Shown here: positions 1 to 10,191 of the stretch, piece by piece
Layout: each line of letters opens with the position of its first letter
Position numbering within the stretch: position 1 is the stretch's first letter
From: an uncultured Methanoregulaceae archaeon
GTDB taxonomy: Archaea > Halobacteriota > Methanomicrobia > Methanomicrobiales > Methanospirillaceae
Assembly: GCA_963705255.1 (NCBI GenBank)
Contig: OY970061.1
Location: 224,001-288,000, forward strand
Direction of reading: 5' to 3'
Length of the DNA: 64,000 nucleotides
The notes under the pieces: model-generated
What the model was told of the DNA's origin: nothing
Seen by the model: only the letters and a program-made list of their open reading frames with translations
The model's database searches: none
Made by a program: the position numbers and the translations under genes

Positions 1-884
1 ATTTTGCCGAGCATGCCCAGCGGGGCACCGGTGTGCAGGCAGAGATGGTCGTTGACCGGGAGGGAAACACCATACCCGTGATCGTCAGTTCGACGGCCAT
101 GGACCTTGGCGGGAGGCGGTGCCTGATGGGTATTTTCCACGATATCTCGGAGATCCAGCGGGCACAGGATGCGCTGAAGATAGCCAACAAAAAACTGAAC
201 CTGCTGGCGGAGATCACCCGCCACGACATCCGGAACAAGCTTACGGTCGTGGGAGGGTATCTCGAACTGGTCAGGGACCGTCCCGCCGAACCTGAATATT
301 CCATGTACCTGAGGAAGATCATCGACACCGTGAACACGATCGGGCAGAACATCGAGTTCACGAGGCTGTACCAGAACCTGGGCGTCACCGCCCCGGGCTG
401 GCAGAACGTCCATGAAGTCTTCTTCCGGGCATGCACCCATCTCGACATCAAGAGGATCTGTGTCCAGTCCGATGCCGACGGTCTTGACATATTTGCCGAT
501 CCCCTGCTCGAGCGGGCATTTTATAACCTTGCGGAGAATTCAATCCAGCACGGCGGGGATATCTCGATCATCCGGATCTCGGCGCAGGAAGAGGGTGACG
601 GGGTAACCATCCGGATAGAAGACAACGGTGTCGGCATACCGCCATTTGACAAGGAGAATATATTTTCCAAAGGGTTCGGGAAGAATACCGGACTCGGGCT
701 TTTCCTTGTGCAGGAGATCCTGATCATCACCGGTATCAGCATCCGGGAGACCGGGGAGTACCACCAGGGTGCCCGGTTCGAGCTCCATATCCCCAAGGGT
801 GCATACCGGTTCAACCCGGAAAAAAGCGACCGCTGCCACCTTGCGGTGCGCGGGTTCTACCAGGAAAAAGTCCGCGGCAATTAA
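1..884 (+). CDS. PAS-domain sensor histidine kinase (5' end probably outside window)
   Basis: PAC-like segment, H-box ITRHDIRNKL, N-box NLAENSIQHG, G-boxes EDNGVGI and TGLGLF. Confidence 0.9.
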   Translation, partial: FAEHAQRGTGVQAEMVVDREGNTIPVIVSSTAMDLGGRRCLMGIFHDISEIQRAQDALKIANKKLNLLAEITRHDIRNKLTVVGGYLELVRDRPAEPEYSMYLRKIIDTVNTIGQNIEFTRLYQNLGVTAPGWQNVHEVFFRACTHLDIKRICVQSDADGLDIFADPLLERAFYNLAENSIQHGGDISIIRISAQEEGDGVTIRIEDNGVGIPPFDKENIFSKGFGKNTGLGLFLVQEILIITGISIRETGEYHQGARFELHIPKGAYRFNPEKSDRCHLAVRGFYQEKVRGN

Positions 885-2029
885 AACAGGGACTTCAGCC
901 CGGACAGGAACAGGGGTCTGATGAGCCGGATCATGGCGGGGTTCAGCAGGAGTTTTCCGATGACCGCGCCTGGCCTGTCCATGTCGAAGTACTCTTCTAT
1001 AATCCGGATGACGGAGGGGTCATTGAGCGCCGTTATGAAGGCGTCAATATCCCCGTCCGACATCCGCTGGCGCATCCCGAAGAGCCGGAACCCGAGTCTC
1101 AGTTCCTTTCCGAAGTCAGCCTGCCACTTCTGTTCGTAGCCGGCGAGCGCTGCGTCATCGAACCTCCCGCGTTCGCAGGATTCCGCGGCGACCGCCGCTG
1201 CGTGCCGGGCCGAGCGTACACCGGTATAGATCCCGCCCCCGGAGGTAGGTTTTGCAAACCCTGCCGCATCCCCCACAAAGAGCGTGCGGTGTCCGTACGT
1301 CCTGGGCATGATCCCAAGGGGAAGGGTGCCGGTGACAAGGTTGGTTGAGCCTGCAGGACCGAAAGTCTTCATCAGGGCCTCAAACCGCTGCGGCACCTGC
1401 GTCTTCCCGCACAGCCCCACCCTGATCCGGTTCCCTGCGGTGGGAACGGACCAGCCGAAAAAATCCGGTGATGCATCCGGGTACAGTTCGACCAACCGGG
1501 GATCGCACTCGTGGGCTATATCGGCCTGGATGCCGGCAAGAAAGACGGGTGCCCGCTCCATCCCGAAGAGCCGGGCGATGGTGCTGCGGGGGCCGTCGGC
1601 AGCGATGAGCAGGTCAGCGCTCTGTTCTTCATGGCCGTTCACGCCCCTCGTCAGGACGGTGCGCCCCCGTACGCCATACACGGCGGTCCTGAGCCGGAAC
1701 TCTGCACCGGCATCGGCCGCAGCTCCCGCCATCTCCCAGTCGAGGGCACCCCGGTCGACGACCACGGCCCGGGTGGTTCCGGTATCGATGAGGATCTCGC
1801 GGCCCCGCCCGGACCGGACCCTGGCCCCGCTCACCCGGTTGAGCACGGACCGTTCCGATACGCGGCACTCGGCAAAGGCGGCATTCGAGAGGAGCCCGGC
1901 GCACTGCACGGGATACCCGATCGTCCCGTGCTCTTCGAGGCAGAGGGTCCTGAGGCCCTGCCGGGCACATTCGCACGCCGCGGCACTGCCGGCCGGGCCG
2001 GCGCCAACAACGATCACATCATAGGACAT
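881..2029 (-). CDS. Geranylgeranyl reductase family FAD-dependent oxidoreductase
   Basis: VVGAGPAGS Rossmann motif, PVQCAG, GDAAGFAKPTSGGGI. Confidence 0.85.
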   Translation of the reverse strand: MSYDVIVVGAGPAGSAAACECARQGLRTLCLEEHGTIGYPVQCAGLLSNAAFAECRVSERSVLNRVSGARVRSGRGREILIDTGTTRAVVVDRGALDWEMAGAAADAGAEFRLRTAVYGVRGRTVLTRGVNGHEEQSADLLIAADGPRSTIARLFGMERAPVFLAGIQADIAHECDPRLVELYPDASPDFFGWSVPTAGNRIRVGLCGKTQVPQRFEALMKTFGPAGSTNLVTGTLPLGIMPRTYGHRTLFVGDAAGFAKPTSGGGIYTGVRSARHAAAVAAESCERGRFDDAALAGYEQKWQADFGKELRLGFRLFGMRQRMSDGDIDAFITALNDPSVIRIIEEYFDMDRPGAVIGKLLLNPAMIRLIRPLFLSGLKSLF

Positions 2030-2088
2030 ATCTCGGGATACATTCCGGATGCAGTTTTCCCATTTTCCCCCGGAAAAAAATCAAAGGA

Positions 2089-2661
2089 TTATCTGTTTTC
2101 CCGGTCATCAGGGATCTCGCATGCAGCACTGCCTGCTGCAAAGTCTCCGTCCGAATCGTCCGGGTTATAGAACCCGAGCATGATAGAGAAGAGGCCGAAC
2201 ACCAGCGCGAAGGTCCCGACAACCGAGAGGGCGGGATCGCTCATGAATGCCGGGAAGTACGAGAACAACACTGCAAGGAGAACAAAACCGGAGATGACCA
2301 TAACGGGGATGAGGACATATTTGCTCTTCGGGTGAGCCAGGGCGAGCGTGATATCGGTAAAACCGTTATAGATGGCGATTGCCGCGATGATCAGGATGAG
2401 GAGAATCGCCACGAACGGGGCAAAGATGATGGAGAGCACCCCGACGATGAGCAGCGCTACAGCCATGCCGAACCAGAAGATCGATTCATCGCTTTTTGCT
2501 GTGATGGCAAGGAACAGGAACAGGGCTATGCCTATCGCGATCAGGATCCAGAACAGCCCGTAAAATGTTCTCTGAACAATTTCAGGGATAAGAAGGGCCA
2601 GAATCCCGAAAATAACCCCTGCAAATCCTCTTAAAAGGCATGATGTCTTTGCATCCAGCAT
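2089..2661 (-). CDS. HdeD/DUF308-like membrane protein
   Basis: About 6 hydrophobic helices; LRGxxxxIFGILAL start typical of DUF308. Confidence 0.65.
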   Translation of the reverse strand: MLDAKTSCLLRGFAGVIFGILALLIPEIVQRTFYGLFWILIAIGIALFLFLAITAKSDESIFWFGMAVALLIVGVLSIIFAPFVAILLILIIAAIAIYNGFTDITLALAHPKSKYVLIPVMVISGFVLLAVLFSYFPAFMSDPALSVVGTFALVFGLFSIMLGFYNPDDSDGDFAAGSAACEIPDDRENR

Positions 2662-2941
2662 AATTTCCCCTCACGTGACCGTGACCCGCTCACGTCCTAC
2701 ACTCACTTAGTGATACAACTACAAAATCCCATCCTGTCCGTTACCATGTCTTTGGGAATGCCTCTGCGGTGAAGAGTAGTATCTACTGGTCAGGACATAA
2801 AAATACCCTGATCACCGTGCCGGTCACGGATCTCACGCGGGAGCCGGGTGATGCGTGCCGCCGGCAGCTTGGCATTTCCCATGATAATGATGACCGTCTC
2901 AACAACGTATAAACGAACCGGCGGTGATGTTGTAGTAGGGA

Positions 2942-4129
2942 ATGGATTGCATGACAGGGGTACCCTTGAGCAGGGAGACCTGGCAGGATATTCGTCCTGA
3001 AATCCCGGTGATCACCGTGTTCCAGCGCTCTCCCAACACCACCGGCCCCCGGGAGGTCCGCGATGACGCCTTATTCAGGCAGGTCATCGGCAACGAACTC
3101 GCCGAGGTGCAAAAAAGCCGGGCCGCGTTCAGGTCCAGTACGGTACACGGTCTTCCCGAAGCGGTGATCCTGTTCTTCTGTCTCCTGGCAAACCTGGCGT
3201 TCCTGGTCGGGCGGCATGATTACCTTGCACTGTTTATTGCTGCCAGCTTCTACCTCAACATGTTCTATTTTATCACGCTCCTGATACCGACCAGCCCGGG
3301 TGCGGCCGGTCTCCCGAAAGCAGAACTCCGGAGGTTCCTTTCATGGCTGCGGGAGATCGGCCTCAAGGGCGGGACATCGCAGTTCACCCGCCTCTTTATC
3401 AACGTGTTTTTTATCAACAGCCGGGCCCTCTCCCTTGGAATCGGCCTGATCTTCTCGGTGGATATCGTATTTACCCTGTCTGCCTACCTTTTCCTCAAAA
3501 TCCCGGCCGGGATAACGCTCATCGTCGCAGCCCAGTGCACGATCATTGCCGTCTTCTATCTCCTGGTCTGGAAGATGGAGCCGTTCTCCTCCCGGTTTGC
3601 AAAAAACGTGGAAAAAATGAAAACACGGCTCTCAAAGGATTATATCCCCCCGTGGGTGATATCGGTCCTCTTCATGATCGGGTTTTTCTTAATAGTGATC
3701 CTCTTCCTGACAACGATCATCCTCCTGCCTGGCATCACCGTTGCTACATTTCTTTCGGAGTCTGGACTTGAAGCACTCGGGCACCTGGTCCTGCTCATCG
3801 CCATACTGGCAGCCAGCCAGTATTTCATTATCCGGTACTTCCACGGCATAAGCAGCCGCCTGATGGCAGAACGGCTTTTTGAGTACAAGGAAACGGCTCT
3901 CCGGGGCCTTATCGAACGGGAGAATAAAAAACAGGAGACCCTTCCCGTTCCGGCAGAAAACCCGTATGAGACCACAACCCTGCTCCTGGAGTCCAAGATT
4001 TACCAGGTCAGACGGATCTCATTATTCTGGACCTTCCCGGTGTATATCGTGGACCTTGACTTCTCCGTAATGCTGGACAGCACGACGCTGACTGCGATCC
4101 GGGGCTATATCCAGGAAGCCGGACCGTGA
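2942..4129 (+). CDS. Uncharacterised multi-pass membrane protein
   Basis: 395-aa ORF with about 6 TM segments; true start may lie further downstream. Confidence 0.7.
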   Translation: MDCMTGVPLSRETWQDIRPEIPVITVFQRSPNTTGPREVRDDALFRQVIGNELAEVQKSRAAFRSSTVHGLPEAVILFFCLLANLAFLVGRHDYLALFIAASFYLNMFYFITLLIPTSPGAAGLPKAELRRFLSWLREIGLKGGTSQFTRLFINVFFINSRALSLGIGLIFSVDIVFTLSAYLFLKIPAGITLIVAAQCTIIAVFYLLVWKMEPFSSRFAKNVEKMKTRLSKDYIPPWVISVLFMIGFFLIVILFLTTIILLPGITVATFLSESGLEALGHLVLLIAILAASQYFIIRYFHGISSRLMAERLFEYKETALRGLIERENKKQETLPVPAENPYETTTLLLESKIYQVRRISLFWTFPVYIVDLDFSVMLDSTTLTAIRGYIQEAGP

Positions 4130-4626
4130 AAGCGGCCCCGGCGGATGCACGGACCGGAAAAAGAGGGAGGTTCCCGGATCACGGGGAGGTATTCTGTCTC
4201 AGGCAACGGTGCGATCTGTTCCAGGATCGCGCTGTCGGCCGGGGTCACATAAACGAGGTGCTGGCCCACGACAACGAGGCTCCCCACCGGCTTTCCGCGG
4301 CCTACCGGGAAAGAATGGTAGAGCTGTACGGCAGCATCCCGGGACTCAGCGCTGTCGAACGACTGGGTCGATACCGTGACGGTGGTACCGGAACTGTCGG
4401 AGAGCACGTAGGTCTTCCCCCCGATCGCACCGGGCAGGTTCCAGGTCACGTCCTTTGCACTCAGGACCGTGATCCCCTTTGCCAGGGCCGCCTCTTTGAC
4501 CGGTTCACCGGAGACCAGGTAATATGGGGATTCTGCCGAGACGAAGATGATCAGTGCACAGGGGATCAGGAACATCGCGACGAGGAATATCGCAAGCCCG
4601 ATCTCAAGCCGGGTATAGGCAGTCAT
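4105..4626 (-). CDS. Uncharacterised membrane-anchored/secreted protein, third gene of the decarboxylase operon
   Basis: N-terminal TM helix, GAGGGGG RBS; C-terminus may be frameshifted near 4200 (alternative stop near 4179). Confidence 0.7.
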   Translation of the reverse strand: MTAYTRLEIGLAIFLVAMFLIPCALIIFVSAESPYYLVSGEPVKEAALAKGITVLSAKDVTWNLPGAIGGKTYVLSDSSGTTVTVSTQSFDSAESRDAAVQLYHSFPVGRGKPVGSLVVVGQHLVYVTPADSAILEQIAPLPETEYLPVIREPPSFSGPCIRRGRFHGPASWI

Positions 4627-4671
4627 GGACAACCCCCCTCTGCGGTAGTGGGATACAGGACGCTCATTTTT

Positions 4672-6109
4672 TTACCTCCGGTACCCGCCGGCTTTCTGCC
4701 AGCCGGGTTTTCTGAATTTCAGGAACACGAGGGGAGGTACTGCAAGCAGGAACGTCCCGAAGAGTACGGCTGCGACATAGGCGAGGCCGCTGGTCGCGAA
4801 GTAGGACGGGGGCATCAGCCCGACAATGAAGGCGAATACCGTGCCAAAAAGCCCGAGCCCCCCGACGACCCAGACTCCCGCCTTTCCGCCGGGGATCCTG
4901 AACGGCCGTGGTCTGTCCGGCTGGCTGTAGCGCAGCTTGATCACGGCGGCAAATACGAGGATGTAGACGATACACAGGAGCTCGACGGTCATTGCCGAGA
5001 GTATCCAGTACGCCTGGTTGACTGACGGGAGGAAGACGTAGAGGAGGGAGATGGCCGAACCGATGAGTGCCTGGATGACCAGCACTGCCACCGGGGCGCC
5101 GTACCGGTTGGTGCGGTCGAACATCGGCGGCATGTTGCCCTCTTCTGCGACAACCCCAAGCCCTTTGGCAGGACCGATGAGCCAGGCAGCAAGGGAGACG
5201 ACCCCGCCAAGGGTGATCAGGTCCTGCCATCGGCGCGACGAGCCCGGGCATGTGGGCGGCCGTGAAGAAGTACTGGATCGCCTGCATGACTCCCGACGCA
5301 AGGTTGAGCTGGTCGGCGGGGATGACGACCGCGATCGCGAGCGTGGCAAGGACCGTGCAAACGACAATGATAGCAGCGGACAGGGCCATGGCACGGGGGA
5401 AGTCCTTCTGGGGATCCCGGGTCTCCAGCGCGTGGAACCCTGCCATCTCCATGCCGGCAAAGAGGAGTATGATAGTGGCAAAGAACGGCAGGGTGGAAAC
5501 GTTGATGACCGGTATCAGGGCGCCCGGCGAAAAGGGCGGGAGGACGAGGGCTGCGCCGGAACCGAACCACCAGATCCCGAGCAGGATGATCAGGAGCGCG
5601 GGGATGATGCTTCCCAGGATGACGCCGATATTGGAAAATTTCGTGGACACGCCTTCCCCGAGGCAGGCGATTGCCGTCGTGCCCCAGAACGCGATCATCA
5701 TGACGCTGAACATGTACAACGAGCTGGCGGCAAGCGCCGGTGTCAGGGCAAATGCGAGGGTGGACGCGATGAAGGAGAGGACCGTGGGGAACCAGACCAG
5801 GTTGTTCGACCACTCGCAGAAGAGTGCGGTAAAACCGCCTTTCTCCCCGAACGCCTGCCTGACCCAGGCATAGACACCGCCGCCTTCCGGCCACCCGGTC
5901 GCCAGTTCCGCCCCGGCGAGGGATATGGGGATGAGGAAGAGGACGGCGCCGATGATATACCAGCCGATGCACGACCACCCGTAGATTGCCATGGACGGGA
6001 AATTCCTGATACTCAGCACTGCCGCCACGTTGATCATGGCCAGCGCAAAGAGGCCGAGCACTTTTTTCGATGGCAGGGCGGCTGCCCCGTCCGGACCGGT
6101 CCCGCTCAT
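4672..6109 (-). CDS. APC-family amino acid permease (GadC-like antiporter), frameshift near 5222
   Basis: AELATGWPEGGGVYAWV and FAGMEM motifs; ORFs 4664-6109 and 4672-5481 join into one ~478-aa permease; ATGA overlap with the decarboxylase. Confidence 0.85.
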
Positions 6110-8415
6110 TTCTTCTTCTCCCTGATGCAGTACATCATGTATTCTCCGTTGATATTCTCAATGCCGTGCGTATCGTGCCCGAACCCCGGGAAGCGGTTGT
6201 CGAAGTCCTGGAGGGATTTCAGGTACTGAAGCACCGGTTCATTCTGTTTCCCGGTCCGCTCCCCCGGTGCAAGGATGGGGATGCCGGGAGGATACGGCAC
6301 GATTCCCGTTGCCACGATGCGGTTGCCCGCTTTTGCTACCGGGACGTGTTCGACCTCGTTCCTCACGAGCCGGGTAAATGCTTCAGCATAGGTGACCGCG
6401 GGCTCGGGCAGGAGCGAGAATGCCTGCTGGAGCAGTTCGCACATGCGGTGCCCTTTTTTGAAGGCATGCATTTCGTCGACAAGCCCCTTGATGGTCATGC
6501 CGGCGTACCTCTCCGGGCAACCCCGGGTGAGATCCGGGAACACCTCTTCGAGCGGCACGTTCTCATCGTACAGCCGCTTGAACTCGAAGAGTTCGGTGAG
6601 GAGGGTGCCCCACTTTCCCTTGGTGATGCCCATCGAGAAGAGGAAGAGGATACTGTAATCACCGGACTTCTCGTTGATGATCCCCCGCGTGTCGAGAAAC
6701 CTGACCACGATGGCAGCCGGGATCCCCCACCCTGCCAGCGTCCCGTCGTCATTGACACCGGGCATAAGCACGGTGACCTTGATCGGGTCCAGCATGCAGT
6801 AGTTGTCCTCAAGGCCCTCAAACCCGTGCCATCTCTCACCCGGGTGGAGCACCCAGCAGGAGGGGTTGTCCCTGAGTGTCTCAAGCGGTAAAGCGGCAAA
6901 GGGGATCTTCTTCTTCGTCTTCGGGTCCCTGACGGTATCCGGCTGCCACATGGTGAACCACCAGTCGGTCCCGGTCTTTCCGGTCCCGAGTTCTTTCCCG
7001 ATACGTGCCATGGTGCGGCGGAAGCGGATGGCCTCCTCGATGGTCTCGGCGGTCAGCAGCCTGCCCGATGCCCCGTCCATCATCTTCGAGGAGACGTCAA
7101 GAGAGGCGATGATGGTGTAGAGCGGGGAGGTGGAGCTGTGCATCATGAACCCTTCATTGAACCGGCTGTGTTCTACCGGCACTCTCCCGTTCCTGACATG
7201 GATCATGGATGCCTGGGAGAGGGCCGCGAGCAGTTTGTGGGTGGACTGGGTCGCAAAAACGGTCGGGCCGCGGGCGTCCCGGGCACCGTCGCGCATGGCG
7301 AACCGGTTTGTATAGAGTGGGTTGAACCGGGCATAGGCATACCAGGCCTCGTCGAAGTGGATGCTGTCCACGCTCCTGCCGAGGAGTGCCTCCACCTCTT
7401 TTGCATGGTAGCACAGCCCGTCATACGTCGAGTTGGTGATGATGGCATGGACCGGTTTTTTGTCCGGGGCGGTCTTCGCAAGCGGGCAGGCCGCGATCTT
7501 TTTCCGGATCGCTTCCGGGGTCATCTCCGATTTCGGGATAGGGCCGATGATCCCGTAGCGGTTCCGGGTCGGGATCAGGTAGACCGCTACGGAATGGGTC
7601 ATGGTCAGGGCATGCTCCGCTGACTTGTGGCAGTTGCGGTCCACCATGACGATGTCGTCTTTTGTCACCCTGCCGAAGAAGACGATCTTGTTTGCGGTCG
7701 ACGTCCCGTTGGTAACAAAATAGGTCATGTCGGAACCGAACACCTTCGCCGCATACTTTTCTGCCTCGCCGACCGGTCCAGAGTGGTCGAGGAGCGACCC
7801 GAGCTCCCCGACCGATATGGAGAGGTCGGAGCGGAAGAGCTGTTCCCCGAAGAATGCATGGAAGAGCCGTCCCGGGGCCGACTTCCTGAAAGCCGTCCCC
7901 CCGGCATGGCCGGGCGTGTGCCACGAGTATTCGAAATCCTTCGAGAACCTGACCAGTTCGCCGAAGAACGGGGGGAGGAGGCGCTCCTGGTAGCGTTTTG
8001 CAGCGGCGGTGATACGCCCCGCGATGAATTCAGGGGTATCCTCCATGACGTAGATGTATTCACTGATCTCGCGGATCATGTCGACCGTGAGGGATACCGG
8101 GGTCTCGCTGGTGGCCTCGGCCATCAGGAAGATCGGGATATCCTCGTTGCGGTCGCGTATCTCGTGGATCAGGTCCTGGGTCTCTTTCTGCTTCTTGGGG
8201 GTGCCCCCGCCGAGGTTCCAGTTGATGAGGATACAGTTGACTGCAGGGAGGTTGGAGTAGGCGGCCCGGGCGTCGGCCGGTGAAGCCACGTCTGCGACCC
8301 TGATGCCATAGGCCTCGATCCCCTGCACGATCCGTTTGATAGCCCTCCCGTGCGGGGTATCCGTATGGATGGTGTCATCGATGATGGCGACCTGCAGGTT
8401 TTCATCCGGGTTCAT
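6106..8415 (-). CDS. Orn/Lys/Arg decarboxylase (PLP-dependent, wing domain)
   Basis: WHTPGHAGG, DRNCHKS, HFDEAW, PLP lysine in QSTHKLL, PYPPGIP. Confidence 0.95.
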   Translation of the reverse strand: MNPDENLQVAIIDDTIHTDTPHGRAIKRIVQGIEAYGIRVADVASPADARAAYSNLPAVNCILINWNLGGGTPKKQKETQDLIHEIRDRNEDIPIFLMAEATSETPVSLTVDMIREISEYIYVMEDTPEFIAGRITAAAKRYQERLLPPFFGELVRFSKDFEYSWHTPGHAGGTAFRKSAPGRLFHAFFGEQLFRSDLSISVGELGSLLDHSGPVGEAEKYAAKVFGSDMTYFVTNGTSTANKIVFFGRVTKDDIVMVDRNCHKSAEHALTMTHSVAVYLIPTRNRYGIIGPIPKSEMTPEAIRKKIAACPLAKTAPDKKPVHAIITNSTYDGLCYHAKEVEALLGRSVDSIHFDEAWYAYARFNPLYTNRFAMRDGARDARGPTVFATQSTHKLLAALSQASMIHVRNGRVPVEHSRFNEGFMMHSSTSPLYTIIASLDVSSKMMDGASGRLLTAETIEEAIRFRRTMARIGKELGTGKTGTDWWFTMWQPDTVRDPKTKKKIPFAALPLETLRDNPSCWVLHPGERWHGFEGLEDNYCMLDPIKVTVLMPGVNDDGTLAGWGIPAAIVVRFLDTRGIINEKSGDYSILFLFSMGITKGKWGTLLTELFEFKRLYDENVPLEEVFPDLTRGCPERYAGMTIKGLVDEMHAFKKGHRMCELLQQAFSLLPEPAVTYAEAFTRLVRNEVEHVPVAKAGNRIVATGIVPYPPGIPILAPGERTGKQNEPVLQYLKSLQDFDNRFPGFGHDTHGIENINGEYMMYCIREKKK

Positions 8416-8500
8416 CGGGTCCTCCCGACAGGTACGGGCCCAAGCTGTATCTCCTTGTGGTACAACATCCTGCGCATAACCAGTGGTAAAGGTCTTAACC

Positions 8501-8510
8501 TTTATATAAT
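8501..8510. promoter_or_regulatory. Putative TATA box between divergent decarboxylase and hdeD-like genes
   Basis: TTTATATAAT in an otherwise GC-rich intergenic region. Confidence 0.5.
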
Positions 8511-8684
8511 GGTGTACCGCCCGTGAATTACCCGCCGATTCTCATTATCCCGTCAGTTTCGGAATCAAAATCCCGCAACGAGCGATCGCCCGGATACCGG
8601 CACGGGAACCCGGTTGTCACGGGATGCAGGAAAAAGGAATAGTACAAATACTTCCTTTGTTTATTCTACACCGGAGATATTTGT

Positions 8685-9254
8685 ATGACCGAAGAAATTC
8701 CCAATGCTGAAAAGCTCCTGTCCAATCCGAACCTTTTTCCCTGGTGGCTCCTTCTCGTCTGGGGCATCCTTGCCCTGCTGATCGGGTGCATGTTCCTTGC
8801 CACCCCCGGGCTGACCACCGTCCTCTTTATCACGCTCCTCGGGGCGTACTGGCTCGTGAGCGGGCTGTTCGCGCTCGGGAGCCTGGCAGTCGACAGGACA
8901 AATGCGGGATGGAAACTGTTCCTTGGGATCATCAACATCCTTGCCGGGATCCTCATCCTCCTGTATCCCCTCTACAGCACGATCTTCGTGCTCTCGTTCT
9001 TTGTCATCTTCATCGGGTTCTGGGCCTGCTTCATCGGCGTTGCCCACCTGTACCAGGGGTTCACGACAAAGGATGGAGGCAACGGGGTGCTGGGGGCCAT
9101 CAGCCTGATCTTCGGGATACTCCTCCTCATCAACCCGTTCATCGTGGCAGCCCTCCTGCCCTTTGTCGCCGGCGGATTTGCCATCATCGCCGGCCTTGCG
9201 TCTATCATCGTCTCGTTCACGGCAAAGAAGACGCAGGAAATACCGGCGAAGTAG
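8685..9254 (+). CDS. HdeD family acid-resistance membrane protein
   Basis: WWLLLVWGILALLIG start, repeated DUF308-type helical hairpins. Confidence 0.85.
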   Translation: MTEEIPNAEKLLSNPNLFPWWLLLVWGILALLIGCMFLATPGLTTVLFITLLGAYWLVSGLFALGSLAVDRTNAGWKLFLGIINILAGILILLYPLYSTIFVLSFFVIFIGFWACFIGVAHLYQGFTTKDGGNGVLGAISLIFGILLLINPFIVAALLPFVAGGFAIIAGLASIIVSFTAKKTQEIPAK

Positions 9255-9372
9255 GCCGGTCATCTGATTTTACTTTTTTTCCGGGGAATCCCGGCGCGGA
9301 GCGGAGACCCGGCGCACCCTGCACACGACCTGCCGGGTCGGCCACGGGTTTATGGTATAATGCTATAAAAAA

Positions 9373-9734
9373 GACTTTGTTGGAACCCTATTTTTCTGAT
9401 CATTTGCTTATACTCTGCTGAGGTTAGGAGGGTAACCCCCTCTCTCAGGTCGCAGAACTCTGACGAGTTCTTCTCCAGTCTGCTCTTCCCTTCGGGAACA
9501 GCAGTCTCCCCGGAGGGGGAGGCAACCCAAGGGGAGCATCCCTTGAATCTCTGAGAGGTCTTCAGACCTCGAAGAGGAGAAGATTTACAAAGTAAATCTT
9601 CGACCCCATCGTTACTCATGGTAAAAGCAGACAATTCGAAGAACGCTGATGCGTTCTTCTCTTGTCTCCATGACTCCGTCATGTCGACACCCCCAAGAGC
9701 GACTGCATAGTTCTCTGAGGATTTCAACAAAGCC
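9373..9734. mobile_element. MITE copy A (IS903-like TIRs) with three nested hairpin cassettes
   Basis: Ends GACTTTGTTGGAACCCT / AGGATTTCAACAAAGCC; flanks ATAAAAAA / ATGAAAAA (7/8); colinear with 29924-30379 and the reverse complement of 48972-49224. Confidence 0.85.
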
Positions 9735-9764
9735 ATGAAAAATTAAAATTACATCGGTTTAGCG

Positions 9765-9989
9765 TCATCCACGCCCGAACCCGAAAAATGCAATGCCGAA
9801 TATCTTTTCGATGGCATAGAGGACACCAAAGAAGATGGCGGCATACAGCACGAAGTTGATGATAAATCCCGAAGCACCGGCGATGCCTGCTGCCGCCACG
9901 ATAGCGCTCGAAAGCGCATCGGCGATGATGATGGCACAGAGGATACCGGCAAAAAAGGTCACCCATTTTTTTACTGCTGACATGTCCAT
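9765..9989 (-). CDS. Small 2-TM membrane protein
   Basis: 74-aa ORF with two hydrophobic helices; TTTAATA upstream on the minus strand. Confidence 0.7.
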   Translation of the reverse strand: MDMSAVKKWVTFFAGILCAIIIADALSSAIVAAAGIAGASGFIINFVLYAAIFFGVLYAIEKIFGIAFFGFGRG

Positions 9990-10191
9990 ACCGGTACATA
10001 TGCTGCCGGACTATTAAATTTCAGGTACCCTGCAGGATACTATTGCGGTTCCCGGTTTTTTCGGATCCTCTGCCATCGTGCATGGACAGGGTGCCAATCC
10101 TGCACATGCCATGTCTTCGTAACGCTGTGGATCTCTGGTCTCCCGGATTTTTTATGACGGATTTATTAAATAAATCGCCATACACTTTGGT

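Noticed and set aside
9350-9736. 128-aa minus-strand ORF (and ORFs 48979-49173, 53316-53552)
   Set aside because: They lie within MITE copies, the frame is not preserved between copies, and there is no transposase motif.
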